A stretch of 64,000 nucleotides of DNA from Octopus bimaculoides. Its lineage: Eukaryota. Positions 48,100 through 60,699 of the stretch are shown one piece after another. Within the stretch, counting starts at the first letter, position 1. Each line of letters begins with the position of its first letter. The notes beneath the pieces were generated by a model that did no database searches, had not been told where the DNA came from, and saw only the letters and a list, made by a program, of their open reading frames with translations. Where the stretch lies: contig NC_068981.1 in the NCBI RefSeq assembly GCF_001194135.2, positions 129,063,252 through 129,127,251 of the forward strand, given 5' to 3'. Position numbers and translations under genes: made by a program.

Positions 48100-48800
48100 C
48101 GAGTACAAAGAAATAAGAATCCACAATATGGTACAAGCTATAGCCACTCATAATAAAAAAAGAATATTGGTGGAATGTACCAGTGAATACCTCAATAAAA
48201 TGTAAGCACAACAGACTTGATATAATGATTTGGGATAGAGAAGAGAAACTGTGCACAGTTGTGGAAATTAGCTGCCCAGCAGATGTTAACATAAAGCTGA
48301 AAATCAGTGAAAAAGAGAACACCTATGCTGAACTATTAAGAAATCTGCAGTTACTCTATCCAGATTACAAGTTCAGGTTTATACTTGTAATTATTGGGAC
48401 CCTGGGGCATGTAACACACTACCTAAATACCAATCTTGAGAAATTAGGCTTCCCAAAACCAGAAAGGAGAAAGCTACAGATTCAATCCATTACTGGAACT
48501 GTACTACAGATCCAATCCATCACTGGAACTGTAAAAATCTGTAAAACTTTCCAGAAATTTATCATTTAAATATAGATGAGCATGTCTAGATATGCAACTA
48601 TATGTATGAGAATACATACATAAAACATACAAATCTGCATGCACGCACATACGTATGTACGTGCGCACATACATATGAACAAATGCCCACCAGTCCACCC
48701 TGTTGTTGATGAAATTCCAATGAAGGAGTCTTGGATCTAGGTTAGAAACCAATTCTTTCTCTATTGGCAAGAAATCTTGAAATAAACTGAATAATGACAT
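48100..48800 (+). mobile_element. R4/Dong-clade LINE 3' end (RLE domain and 3'UTR)
   Basis: KCKHNRLDIMIWDREEKLCTVVEISCPAD...EKENTYAELLRNLQLLYPDY...IIGTLG. Internal 30-bp tandem duplication at 48474-48533. Confidence 0.88.
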
Positions 48801-49562
48801 ACATGCATGCATACGAACACACATTTGTATGTGTGCATGTACATACATGCACTCACATACATACAATACCATATCATATGTAGCTAGAAATTGAGCCACA
48901 TTCCTTCATGTCACACACCCCCATCGTGAAAAGGAAGGACAATTGTATAATGCAATACTAAATTTACACTAATAAGGGATAGTCTTGACTACAACTCCAT
49001 TGGTCTATGACTGCTCAATGAGGGCTAACCTAAGGGCTAAACAACAACAACAATATGCAAGTACATGGTACATTACACATGTATGCATTCGTCACTCTAT
49101 AATGACAGTTGACTAAAGACAGTAATTATTCTGCCTTTATGATAAAGTGTCACTCATGGTTCATAGGTTTAATATCATTATATGTTGGCATATATGTTAG
49201 GTTGGAAAGCACAGAAGATTGTGCCTAACATCAAAATTGTCATTTACTGGATTATGCATTTATTAGCATTTTATAATAAATTAAAAATCATATACATTTA
49301 TATTTAATCAAAATTTATAGTTTTATTCCGGGTAGGTCCTGCCTACCTTGCCTACACAGAGGGCACATCTCTGATACTTATACTTTTATGTACAAGTCAA
49401 TGTGTTTCTTGCATTTCTTTACATGGTAAAAAGACATCTTCTTGAAATGGAACTACCAGTATCACTGAAAAATGAACAAGCTCTCTATTTCTGAAATTTG
49501 ATTAACTGAAATGTATAAAAAAGTTTGCTTCCATCTCCCTAAATTTATATTCCATATCAATG

Positions 49563-49900
49563 TGAAGGCACATGGCTCAATGGTTTGAGCATCGGGCTCA
49601 CAATCATGAGGTAGTGAGTTCAATTCCCGGACCAAGCTGTGTGTTGTGTTCTTGAGCAAGACACTTTATTTCATGTTGCTCCAGTTCACTCAGCTGTAGA
49701 AATAAGTTGTGACATCACAGGCGCCAAGTTGTATTGGCCTTTCTTTTTCCCTTGGATAACATCGGTGACATGGAGAAGGGAGGCTGGTATGCATGGGCAA
49801 GTGCTGGTCTTCTATAAAACAACTTTGCCCAGATTTGTGCCTTGAAGGGTAACTTTCTAGGTGCCATCTTGTGGTCATTCATGACTGAAGGGGATCTTTA
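49563..49900 (+). mobile_element. tRNA-derived SINE; an inverted copy lies at ~62590-62845
   Basis: A box tggctcaatgg, B box gagttcaattccc, then ttgagcaagacacttt. Confidence 0.85.
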
Positions 49901-50028
49901 CCCTTTACCTTTTTATTCGATAACCAAGTATTGGTTATAACTGGAGTAGTGTTGGTAGGAGTCTGTTGAAAGAATTTCACTATGCTTCTCTGGAAAACTA
50001 ACTGATATGTGTTATGTTTTACTTGCAG

Positions 50029-50161
50029 GATTTTTGTACTTGACACAATGAATTTTTCATTTTGGAGTGAAGATCCTGGCAATAAATATACAGTAACTTA
50101 CAAGGATAAAGCTTACACAGGTTACTGGTCATTATGTGCTGCAGTCAATCGAGCTTTAGAT
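50029..50161 (+). CDS. QNG1: QNG1 coding exon 3
   Basis: ttgcag|G+IFVLDTMNFSFWSEDPGNKYTVTYKDKAYTGYWSLCAAVNRALD|gtaagt; contains the family motifs DTLNFSFW and YSGYWSLCAAVNRAL. Confidence 0.96.
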
Positions 50162-50848
50162 GTAAGTGGATTTTTAACTTTTACTGTGAATTCAATTCAT
50201 GCCACAATTCAAAAAATGATTAACAGTTACTTTTTTCTGTATTATGAGAAGGAGATAGTGCTCACAAATATTTTAGATATTTTCAGACTGAATTTAACTT
50301 TTTTTTTAATAAATTAGTCAGGAAAGGAGTAGTGATGAGCTTTATAGTCCCTCCCAGGCAAGAAAAACATGGATGAGAAAGGAACTGGGACTCTTGTGTG
50401 AATACTTGCAACAATATGAAATTCATTAAAAGTCAGCAAGGACCAGGTGATGATGTTAAACTAAGTAGTGTGTTTGGCCTATCATCCATTAAATGAGTGC
50501 TCATATTATCAGTGGTTTGATTAAAAATATATGGAGTCACCTCTTGCAGCCAAGTTATAGAAGTTACGCTTTTTATACCTTAGTAATAGCAATCACTTAC
50601 ACATAATCATCTCTTTGTATCTGTATTATTCTAGTCATAATTTTTACTTCATTCATTCTCCTTATAGTTGTCATTCATGATATTACAGCCATTGTGGTTA
50701 CCATTGATTAAGCTTCCTATAAATTAATTTTTTTTCTTTTTTGAATAGCATCTCTATAATTCTAGTTTTCTATTGTGATTTCATACAGAAATATTTCCCA
50801 ATGAGAATGCTCCCTATATTAACAGATATATTAAATTTCTCTTTTCAG

Positions 50849-50998
50849 AATGGCATCCCTATCACTACACCTGCATATTGTGCAAGTATTTCTGGAGAAC
50901 AACTCACTGATATATTAAAGTCTGATTCCAACCAAGAAATACCATTGTTTTCCGAAAGGTTACAAGCCTTGAAGCATACATGCAAGATTATTATGAAG
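50849..50998 (+). CDS. QNG1: QNG1 coding exon 4
   Basis: ttttcag|NGIPITTPAYCASISGEQLTDILKSDSNQEIPLFSERLQALKHTCKIIMK|gtttgt; phase 0 to 0. Confidence 0.93.
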
Positions 50999-51299
50999 GT
51001 TTGTTACAATACTGCTGAACATTTGAAACTCATTCCTGTCACACACATTCCTCAACATTAGTAATTAATAAGGTTCATTACTGCCACTGCTTGAGTAATT
51101 CTTGATTAAAAAAGCACATAACTTTAGAGATCATTCATAGATTAGAGAAAGTGATCAGAATCTGAGGGGATCAAGTATGTTTGCTTTCATTTATGTATCT
51201 GTTGTAGATCTTGTTTTCATAGTGGTAGCACAGACAAAAAATTCAATTGGTTTTTGACAATTTATGATCCTGATTTCTTTCACTTTTATGTTAAGGATC

Positions 51300-52570
51300 A
51301 GAGGAAGTGCCCTGATCTTTGCTAGCTACTTAGACTAGTGTGATCAGTGTGACTGAAGTTTATTCAGTTTCAAGTTTTGTAGATAAATGTGAGTGAGAGG
51401 AATATGTGAGTGAGAAAGGAGTTGCAGAGGGATCCAGTTCTAAGAAGGTGGATTGAGCAAAATATTTATTGTAGGGTTTGTGAAGTGAGACACAATAAAG
51501 ATGATAACAAAAAGAAAGATAGGTCATTGGGTAAGCTTAAGTGAAATTGGTATGGAGGGGTGTATGCAGCTTACTAGGAGCTGAGGTTTATGCATTGGCA
51601 GTAAGAGAGATAGTGAAAAGGAATAACAGATTTGTGAGCATTATAGAATGTTGGGGTGTGAATGCTTATTAGGTAGCTGCATAATCTTTATTTTTTATGC
51701 TAAGATGTCAGTGTTTCTAGTAACTGTTCACAGCTCATGCTCCAGTTTTGTAGAAGGTTAACAACTGATTAGAGCTGAAATATTTTTACTCAGAAACAGA
51801 AACCTAGTACCTAGGATGCAGTTTTTGATAATGATAGTGTAGTCATAAGTTATTATGAGGACTTTGAGAAGTGTAGTTATATGTTGTTCATGTGTAGAAA
51901 GAGTGTAGTCAAAATTATTTTCTTCATATGTGTAGTGATTGTATCTGAGTTCTGATAAAGGAAACTAAATTACCATTGGCGGATGTTTTGGACGTTTCTC
52001 TTTGTGAAAAAAAGCTCAAGTCTGCATGAGATGTCTAGGTTGTGTGCAAATAATACATGTGTGCAGAATATTTAGGTTGAGTGAATTATTGGGTTATCTT
52101 CAAAGGTATATGTGTAGTTAGGAGTAACAGTATGATCATTAATATACAGAAAAAAAAAAGAGTCTGGATAACAAACCATGAGAAACTCCAGAGTTGATAG
52201 TATATGGTTCAAAAAAGAAGTCCACTGACACAATGTGATGGAGCAGTCTGCCTAGAAACTCTAGATTTAGAAACTGATTTAAAAACGGAACCTGTAGATG
52301 AGCAACTCCACTTAAAAGTTTTCATACTAGACTGGTCAAAATTTTAGCTGATATCAACATGGATTAAGGGTGGGAGAACAGTGATGCATGATATAGAGAA
52401 GCAGATGTCTAGTGCCTATAGCTCTACAGAAACCACAGTAGTGATCAGCGAGAGGGAGAGACATTGAAAGTGATTAAGGATTTGGTTGTGTCTCACAATG
52501 TCCATTACTTTTGAGATGTTGAAAGTATTAAGGATAGATGAGCAGATTTAAAGAGGTTATCATTTTGGGT
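51300..52570 (-). mobile_element. Old CR1/L2-like LINE RT region, decayed
   Basis: Minus-strand remnants of DIS..FD and YTINSGVSHG..S (compare INSGVPQGSVLSP). Confidence 0.55.
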
Positions 52571-53049
52571 AATGAACATGATATTACATGTGTCCAGAGG
52601 TATATGATCAACTATTTCAATCACTTCAATGCACTATTCAGCCTTTTAGTTCCTGAAAATCAACCAAATGATTCAACTGAGGAATGTAATCTTTCACACT
52701 GACTTAACCTGAGATTCTTCTCACTTGATGCAAAATTCTTAGCCGAATTATTCACTAATTCCCACATAACTCTTGCTATTGCATATTCAACCAATTGTAA
52801 ACATCCAGACACACTAGCAACACCACATCTTTGCATGAATGCATGTGTTGGCTTGTAAGGGTTGCTATAAATTTGTGACTAGGGAACATTAACTTACTAC
52901 ATGTAAACTCAGAGCAGGCTCAAGTGTACTTGATGTACTAAGCCAAAAATTTCGAATATCAAAATTTAATGATGAGAACTTTTATTATCTAAATGACTAA
53001 TTCTGTTTAAAAAGAGAGATGTAGGCTTTTCATTAATTAACTCTTATTA

Positions 53050-53340
53050 TCATCATCATTTAATGTCCTTTTTCATGCTGGCAAGCTGGAGAACTGAACC
53101 AGGTTCCAATTGTCTGTTTTGACATGGTTTCTACAGCTGGATGCCCTTCCTAATGCCAATCACTTTACAGAGTGGAGTGGGTGCTTTTTATGTTGTACTG
53201 GCACAGGTGCTTTTTATGTGGCACCAGCACCAGTGGAGTCACCAAATAGCTTGCATGACAGAAACCTCTTAATTAAGAGAAGGAATGGAATTGAAGGAAG
53301 TGGCTGTGTGCCAGGTGAGAGGTTAAAGCACAACAGAGAA
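53050..53340 (-). mobile_element. RTE-related 3'-tail repeat; further copies at ~55425-55740 (-), ~56015-56205 (+) and ~63930-64000 (+)
   Basis: ggtttctacagctggatgcccttcctaatgccaatcactttacagag, shared with 12530-13190. Confidence 0.8.
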
Positions 53341-53852
53341 ACAGAGACAGTTGTCTTACTATAGAGGAGACATTTGGCTATCCCTGTTGGACAAGGAAGT
53401 AGATGAAAGGTGGGGTAGAGTTAGAGAGAAAGCTAGAGAGGCAGTCAGAGTGAGAGAGAGAAATAGATGGTGTTGGAGATGTATTGGGACATACCCAAAG
53501 GGAACAGTTGGGGTAATAGAAGTAGTGTCCCATGAGAGTGTGAGTGATATGTTTAGAGATGGGGAAGACATGACTAGCAAGTGATGGTGAGGGAAATTGG
53601 AGTGGCTGGGAGGGAGGTAAGGAAGATATGTGAGGACATGGAGAGTGTGTGAATAAGTACATGAAAGAGAGTGGAGGCGAAGTGACATAATAAATCTGCA
53701 CAGACTGTGTAAGAGAGACATGACATTAATAGATAATTTATGATATGTCATTATTAGGAATCTTGTCAATCTCTGCAACAGTTTTTATAAAATAAGTTTA
53801 CTAACTGAGTGTAGTTCTTGTACAATCATTTTTTTTTGTTTTCTCTAAACAG

Positions 53853-53976
53853 AAATATCAAGGTAGTTTTGTTAACTGTATCAGAGAAAGTGATAACAGT
53901 GCTGAAAATTTGTTACAGCTCATTGTCAACAACTTTCCTTCTTATAGAGATGAAGCCACATATGGTTCCAAGCAAG
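53853..53976 (+). CDS. QNG1: QNG1 coding exon 5
   Basis: taaacag|KYQGSFVNCIRESDNSAENLLQLIVNNFPSYRDEATYGSKQ+G|gtattt; FPSYRD motif. Confidence 0.96.
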
Positions 53977-54771
53977 GTATTTATTAGAATTCCTATTTTA
54001 TTTGGAATATATATTTTTAGTAAATTTTGCTATTGAATAATAAAAGTTATTCAAATTATTAACATTATCTTTTGGGCAGCATAATTTTTTTATTATGTAA
54101 GGGATTAGCATTGTTATGGCATCCTTGCAGTATTTCTTCAAGCTCTTTCTGAGTTCAAATCCTGATGAAGTAAACTTTGCCTTTCGTCCTCCAAGTACAA
54201 GCTTTGAGTAACTAACATCATCTCTTCAAAATTGCCTAAATTAGAAGCAATAATATTTGATTATCTTCAGGTGCCAATACAAGTTTACTATCAAACTATA
54301 GTTGACTCACTGGTAACTCTGTAAATGAAATATCTAGGGAAGAATGCACAGGAATAAATTCCAGTTACCTTCTTTAAGTTGGACTTAAATTTACTGCAGT
54401 AGCTTAAGAAAAACAGCAACTATAAAGTGGTTCCTTTACTTAACTCCAATAAGCACTATCTGCTTTATGATGACTATTTACAGTAGTGATCAATGGGAAA
54501 AATAATACTCAAGTATTTTCATCATAGACTCTAAGCAATGCTGGTGATATGCAAACTACCAGCGCTTTGGCTAATAATCTGGCACCTTTGCAACTCTTAA
54601 ACCAACGTGCACGCACGCACGCACATGTCTGTATGAGTTAGAGGTTAAGAAACCATCTAAGGGATATTAAATATCCAATATACTACTGGATGTGTACCTC
54701 TGTATTTCTAACCATGTGCATGGCAATATTGCAATTCAATACTAAGTATGGGTGAGGGTAAATTGGAAATT

Positions 54772-55377
54772 TACCCAGGATTTATTAGGCAAATAAGAAA
54801 ATGGAGGGGATATAAAATCGAAAAACATCAGCCAGTAAACATTCCATTATATCTATTTATTAAATGATAACAGACATGTGTTTAAGTGGTACAGGTAAAC
54901 GAATGAGATCAGCCAATAAATACGTAAACAGATATATATATAGAGATGAGTGAATGATAATAGATGAGTGTACAGATACAAATCCCTTACAGCCGTTTCT
55001 ACCATGAGGCCTCAGAATCTCCCAAGTCATCCTAATCACATCAGTGATATACAAGGATGAACAAACATTGGACAGAGATTGGATAATGGTTGAGCTTCAA
55101 GGCTTCTTCAGAGAGTACAAAATGTTAGGAAACTAACATGTGGGAAATTCAGTTAGAATAATAGAGTAGGGTAAAATAAGATAAGATAGAATAAAATAGG
55201 TAAAAATAAAAAATAATGTTATAGACATGGTAAGGAAAAGTAAGAACTTCATTTTAAGGTGTTATTATAATCCATGGTATTCCATCCTGTAGTAAGTAAA
55301 TAAAGTCACTCTCAGGAGATATATCCATAGGCTATGGTTACATCATGTTACCATTATACTTTCTTATTTGCCTTATA

Positions 55378-55411
<34 letters not shown>

Positions 55412-55923
55412 CATACAAACATATATCATCATTTAATGTCTGTTTTCCATGTTGGTATGGATTGGACATTTGACCAGAGCTGGCAAGCAGGAGAGCTGCA
55501 CCATGTTCCAGTCTGATTTGACTTGGTTTCTAAAGCTGGATGTCCTTGTTAATGCCAACCATTTTACAGAATGTGCTGAGTGCTTTTTACATGGAACCAG
55601 CATGGGTGCTTGTATGTGGCACCAGCACAGGGCTCTTGTAAATCAATCCTCTACAGCAGGGGAAGTGGCATTAAAACTTCTGCTGTGAAGGATGGGTCTT
55701 CTTGAGTACAGCAAGGCACCAGATACCTCGGTCCTTCACTGAGAACCAATAAATTAAAGAACTCAATATGTAAATGTAGAGTATTCTTTAATATGTTATA
55801 ACTGGATCTAATATGTTATACCCAGGATTTATAAGGCACATAAGAAAATGGAGAGGATATAAAATCGACAAACATCAGCCAGTAAACATTCCATTATATC
55901 TATTTATTAAATGATAACAGACA
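54772..55923 (+). repeat. 105-bp direct repeat pair (54772-54876 and 55819-55923)
   Basis: 4 substitutions seen in 105 bp. Confidence 0.9.
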
Positions 55924-57176
55924 GATGATCTAACTCTGTTTTCTACTTCAAATATCTTGTTTGAATATATTTTAAAATATATGAAACTGTCCACCACAGC
56001 AGAACTGTTACTGTTGCTGGTGCCATGTTAAAAGCACCCAGTACACTTTATGGAGTGATTGGCATGAGGAAGAGCATCCAGCCTTAGAAACCATGCCAGA
56101 ACAGACAATGGAGCCTTGTGCTGCCCCTAACCTTACCAGCTTCAGTCAAACTGCCCAATCCATGCCAGCATGGAAAACGCTTGTTAAATGATGGTGATAA
56201 TGATATGAAAGTTATGAGGAAAATGCTTATCTTTATGGAGATTTTTTAAAAAGAAAAAAAAATGTAGCAAATAACGTGCAAAAACAGCTGTTTTAAGCTA
56301 ATTTTTCATTTCATTTTTAATTCTCTCGTAAATTCTTGAAATGTTTTCAACTTCATACAAGCAAGGTCACTCTAATTAATAATTTTCCTCATGAAATTGT
56401 ATTGTTATTTAAGTAATGCTTTAAATAATTTTTGAAGATAATGTGTATGAATGCATTAATGTAGTGTGTGTCTGTGCACATTTTGTATGCATCTGCATGT
56501 ACACACTCATACATATATGCACACACATACACTTATATACTTGCAGTAATTACTCATTTAAAAACAACATTTTTTCTTTCTGAACCAGAGGAAATTTGAG
56601 GCGGCTGATATTTACAAACAAAGTGCTAACAAATCCATTCTTTTGTTCAAATTGTTTCTCCCTTGAACTAAAATTCTTAATTTTTCACTCAAACAAAGGT
56701 CACACCTCATTTTTTATTTGAAGCTACCATTCTTGTTTGGTTGTGACTTATCTATAATTAAGCAAGTAATTTTGAGTTTTGTGAGTACTAGTCTCAGGAA
56801 TTTCCACAAAGTACTAGTACTAGTCTCATATGAATTTCAACAAAGGTATAGTGAATTTTTTTTTTTATGGCTGACAAATTAATGTTTGTGCTTATGAATT
56901 TGATTTTTGAATGTTAGTTCAGCTACCCCAGTGTATATTTTGGGGTTCATCTCTACTGTTTGTCTCTACTAGTACTGTATGTTATCGACTTTGTGAGACA
57001 ATTACCATAGGTAGTTCTCATGATTGTTGCTTCTCCTTTTCATTCAGATTTGCAACATTATAACCTCTGATATTATAACCAAAATTCTTACTAGCTGAAT
57101 TTAACATCTTATTATACTTATGATCTAGCAGAAAATGGTTCTATTAAACTAAGGAATCCCTAGCTACATTAGTTCT

Positions 57177-57244
57177 TCAGACTTTTATGACTGAATCTTC
57201 ACAGAGTCATCTGAGAGTCGTGGGTTCAAGTCCCCCTGCGGGCG
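57177..57244 (+). pseudogene. 5'-truncated tRNA-Lys(TTT) remnant with a 21-nt insert at the canonical 37/38 intron position
   Basis: TCAGA-CTTTTA-[tgactgaatcttcacagagtc]-A-TCTGA-GAGTC-GTGGG-TTCAAGT-CCCCC-TGCGGGC-G. The 5' acceptor strand and D-arm are not recognisable. Confidence 0.6.
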
Positions 57245-57260
57245 AAGCATTTGTTTCATA

Positions 57261-57680
57261 GGCGTAGGAGTGGCTGTGTGGGAAGTAGCTTGCTTACCAA
57301 CCACATGGTTCCGGGTTCAGTCCCACTGCGTGGCACCTTGGGCAAGTGTCTTCTACTATAGCCTCGGGCCGACCAAAGCCTTGTGAGTGGATTTGGTAGA
57401 CGGAAACTGAAAGAAGCCTGTCGTATATATGTATATATATATGTATGTGTGTGTATATGTTTGTGTGTCTGTGTTTGTTCCCCCAACATCGCTTGACAAC
57501 CGATGGTGGTGTGTTTACGTCCCCGTAACTTAGCGGTTCGACAAAAGAGACCGATAGAATAAGTACTAGGCATCCAAAGAATAAGTCCTGGGGTCGATTT
57601 GCTCGATTAAAGGCGGTGCTCCAGCATGGCCACAGTCAAATGACTGAAACAAGTAAAAGAGATAAAAGAGAAAAGAGAAT
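57261..57680 (+). mobile_element. Well-preserved full-length octopus-type tRNA-derived SINE
   Basis: ggcgtaggagtggctgtgtgg...gggttcagtcccactgcgtggcaccttgggcaagtg, an internal (TA/TG)n tract, and an aaagag-repeat tail. Confidence 0.9.
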
Positions 57681-58614
57681 ATTAAATATTTAACTGTTGT
57701 ACGAGGGAACTGTAATGTAGGGAAATAAGAAACAATCCACCTACTTTCTTGTTGTCTGCTGTCCAGCTGTACTCAATTCAAAACTTGTGTCCAACCTGCA
57801 CACTTAACGATAGCAGCTGCTAGTTCCCGTCCCTATCAGTTCACTTGCCTCACGTCTGTTTAGGCAAAATAGGATGACCCTGGTTTTCCTTCCCTCACTT
57901 CCTCTCTCACCCTTCCTGTTCCAGTCAAGCCCCTTGACCATTGATGTCACAGCTCTTTCCTTCCAGCTTGTCTCATCCCCACATTAACCTTAGGACCTTT
58001 TATTATAGATTACAGAATTTATAGTGTTTTATTTCATAGGCCCTTGTATCAAATAACATTTAGTGTTCTTATAGTTTTTTATCTCAAACATGGAAAAGTA
58101 TAGTTCTGTTGATTATATGATTGAATCTATGTAATTTTTGCATTGCAGCTTTTATAATAAAAATGCTTTTATTTCATTAGTGAAACTGACAGGATGATAT
58201 TTGTGTATAAAAGAATGCTAGATAAAAGTATCACCAAAAATGTGCATTTGATAATTAAGTACTTAATCTTTGATAAATTGCTGTCTTTGCCTTCTACAAA
58301 TATCTAAATTATTCTATATTGCTATTAAATGCCCTTATAGAAATCTATACTATATTGTCATTAATTCCCTTATACAGACCTGTATTATATTGCCATTAGC
58401 TTCCTAAACTAAATTATATTAGATATATTAAAGTGATATATATTAAATTGTATTTAGTTATTTTATATAGGTCTATACTGTTGTTAGTCACCTTTTGCTA
58501 ATGCCTGATATTAGTACTTGTCTTATACAGTTTCTATACTATGTTATCAATAGATGCCTTTTTATAATATTTATAATATTGCTATTATACAACACTGTAT
58601 TATATTGCCCACAG

Positions 58615-58729
58615 TTTCCTTTTACAAAAGAGCACAAATTCTCGTAGCGGACATATGGACCTGTTTTGAAGGTCAAGGTTTGGGTTTCTTTTACGATATA
58701 GAGAAACTCACTATGTTTGCTGATTACAG
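58615..58729 (+). CDS. QNG1: QNG1 coding exon 6 (active-site region)
   Basis: cccacag|(V)[37 protein letters not shown]+AG|gtaaga; FYKRAQIL and TMFADYR are family hallmarks. Confidence 0.97.
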
Positions 58730-59384
58730 GTAAGATATTTGTCTCCTGCAGCCTTTTTCAAAACTCTGCCTAAATTTAAGTTTAATCATATGAGAAGAAA
58801 ATTGTGGAGCTGTAAATCAATCATAGCACCGTTTCAGTAAAAAATTATTCATGCCACAAAAAAATGAAGTCATTGCTATCAGAATTTAATCATTGCTTTG
58901 GTTAATTTTCAAAATTGCATTTTTACTCTCGTTATTATTTGGCTTCTTACTTGACTGGTCTATTCAATTTCATTTACTTGAAACTACTTCAATTTTTATT
59001 CATTGTTTATAATTAATGGTTATGAAGGATTATGCTTTGAACATTGTAATTGAGATATGGAATAAGAAAATCTTAAACTATCTTGAATTTCAAAAAAATT
59101 GAAAATTTTATCTTCCCTAACTCAGAATATTTTTTGGTAACTTTACAAGTATATGCTTTTGATATTTTGTACAATCCTTAGCACAAAATTTCTTATGTAT
59201 TTAGTAATATGTTAACACAATCTTTACAAGTTACTCTTATATATCAGCCAAAGCAATAGTTGCATATTATGTTTTATTGTTATCATCAGAATTCCATGCC
59301 ATATAAATAGTGTAAGATTAAACATTTAATCAGCCACAAAGCTTTATTCTTTAATAATGATTTTTTTCCATCACTTTACTTGAG

Positions 59385-60010
59385 AAGACCCAACAAACCA
59401 AGTGAGACCATAGCCCATGGCCAATGCCAGTGGGTGTAACCAGCCCACTTATGAATATCTCTCATTCATTGGACAATAAACCTTGCTTGTGAAGACCTAT
59501 TGAGACAAGTGAAATCAAAATCAAAATCGCTGACATGGCCAATGACAGTACCACCTGATTGGCACTCGTGCCAGTGGAATGTTAAAAGCACATCCAAGCG
59601 TAATCGTTGCCAAGGCCACGGATTGGCTCCTGTGCCAGTGACACGTGAAAAGCATCATTCGAGCATGATCATTGCCAGCATCACCCTACTGGCACATATG
59701 CCGGTGGCACGTGAAAAACAGCATTCGAGCGTGATCATTGCCAGTGCTGCCGGACTGGCTCCCATGCAGATAGCATGTAAAAATACCTTTTGAGCGTGGT
59801 TGTTGCCAGAACCGCCTGACTGGCCCTCGTGCCAGTGGCACGTAAAAGCACCCACTACACTCTTGGAGTGGTTGGTATTAGGAAGGGCATCCAGCTGTAG
59901 AAACTTTGCCAGATCAGATTGAGCCTGGTGCAGCCTCTGGCTCACCAGTCCTCAGTCAAACTGTCCAACCTATGCCAGCATGGAAAGCAGACGTTAAACA
60001 ATGATGATGA
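59385..60010 (+). mobile_element. RTE-related 3' repeat with a ~65-bp internal tandem array (about 4.5 units) and (GAT)n tail
   Basis: Repeating tgccagtggcacgtgaaaagc...cgagcgtgatc.ttgcca units at ~59566-59850. Confidence 0.85.
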
Positions 60011-60129
60011 TTATCAAATTTCAATTGTTTTGGGTCAAATAATAGAAATTATTAATATTTGTTATTATATGTTTAAATTCACAAGGAACAATATATTTTC
60101 AAAGCACATATCTTAAAATTTTTTTGTAG

Positions 60130-60200
60130 GATACCTCAAATTCTTGCCTATTATGGTGTACTAAAATATTCAGATAGTTTGATGAAAACGCTAAAAGATG
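60130..60200 (+). CDS. QNG1: QNG1 coding exon 7
   Basis: tttgtag|(R)IPQILAYYGVLKYSDSLMKTLKD+G|gtaagt. Confidence 0.95.
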
Positions 60201-60699
60201 GTAAGTTACTGTTTCCTTTAATTTGGCATCCTATTCAGTATTTTGCCTTGAAGTTGCTTTTTGGTCTGAAATAAGTCTTTCAGAATTTCAGTATAGAAAA
60301 TATTCTTCAGATATTGTAAATATCATTTCAAATTTCCATATTTTCTGCCATAAAGTTGGGATAAGCTTCTTGTAATTCAAGTCTGTGATAACATTAACTG
60401 AACTTAAGGTGAGGTGTTTAGAAAAGTGAAAGCATGATAGGAGGAGCAAATATATTGTTGTGAAAGGGCAGTAGAAGAGAGTATAATAAAAGAGAGTGTT
60501 GGATAGGTAATGGAAGGGAATGAGTAGTGTAAGGAGTAAGTGGGAGAGAGAGTGAGAGTGATCAGATGGTGGGGGTTGGTTGACTAGAGGGTGATCCTAT
60601 GCTATCCCACTTGATACAGGTAAGTATGAATGGGTGGTAGAGGGGGTGAATGATAAAGAATGAGGGAAAGATGAGAGCTAGTGAAAGAAAGAAAAGCAA

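Noticed and set aside
50876-50878. Cys (TGT) in QNG1 where I recall Tyr in human, as a sign of A-to-I recoding
   Set aside because: The G is genomic; editing cannot be inferred from DNA alone, and a single substitution is unremarkable.
59560-59860. CRISPR-like repeat-spacer array
   Set aside because: Whole units are homologous, with no unique spacers and no cas genes; it lies in a eukaryotic retroelement tail.
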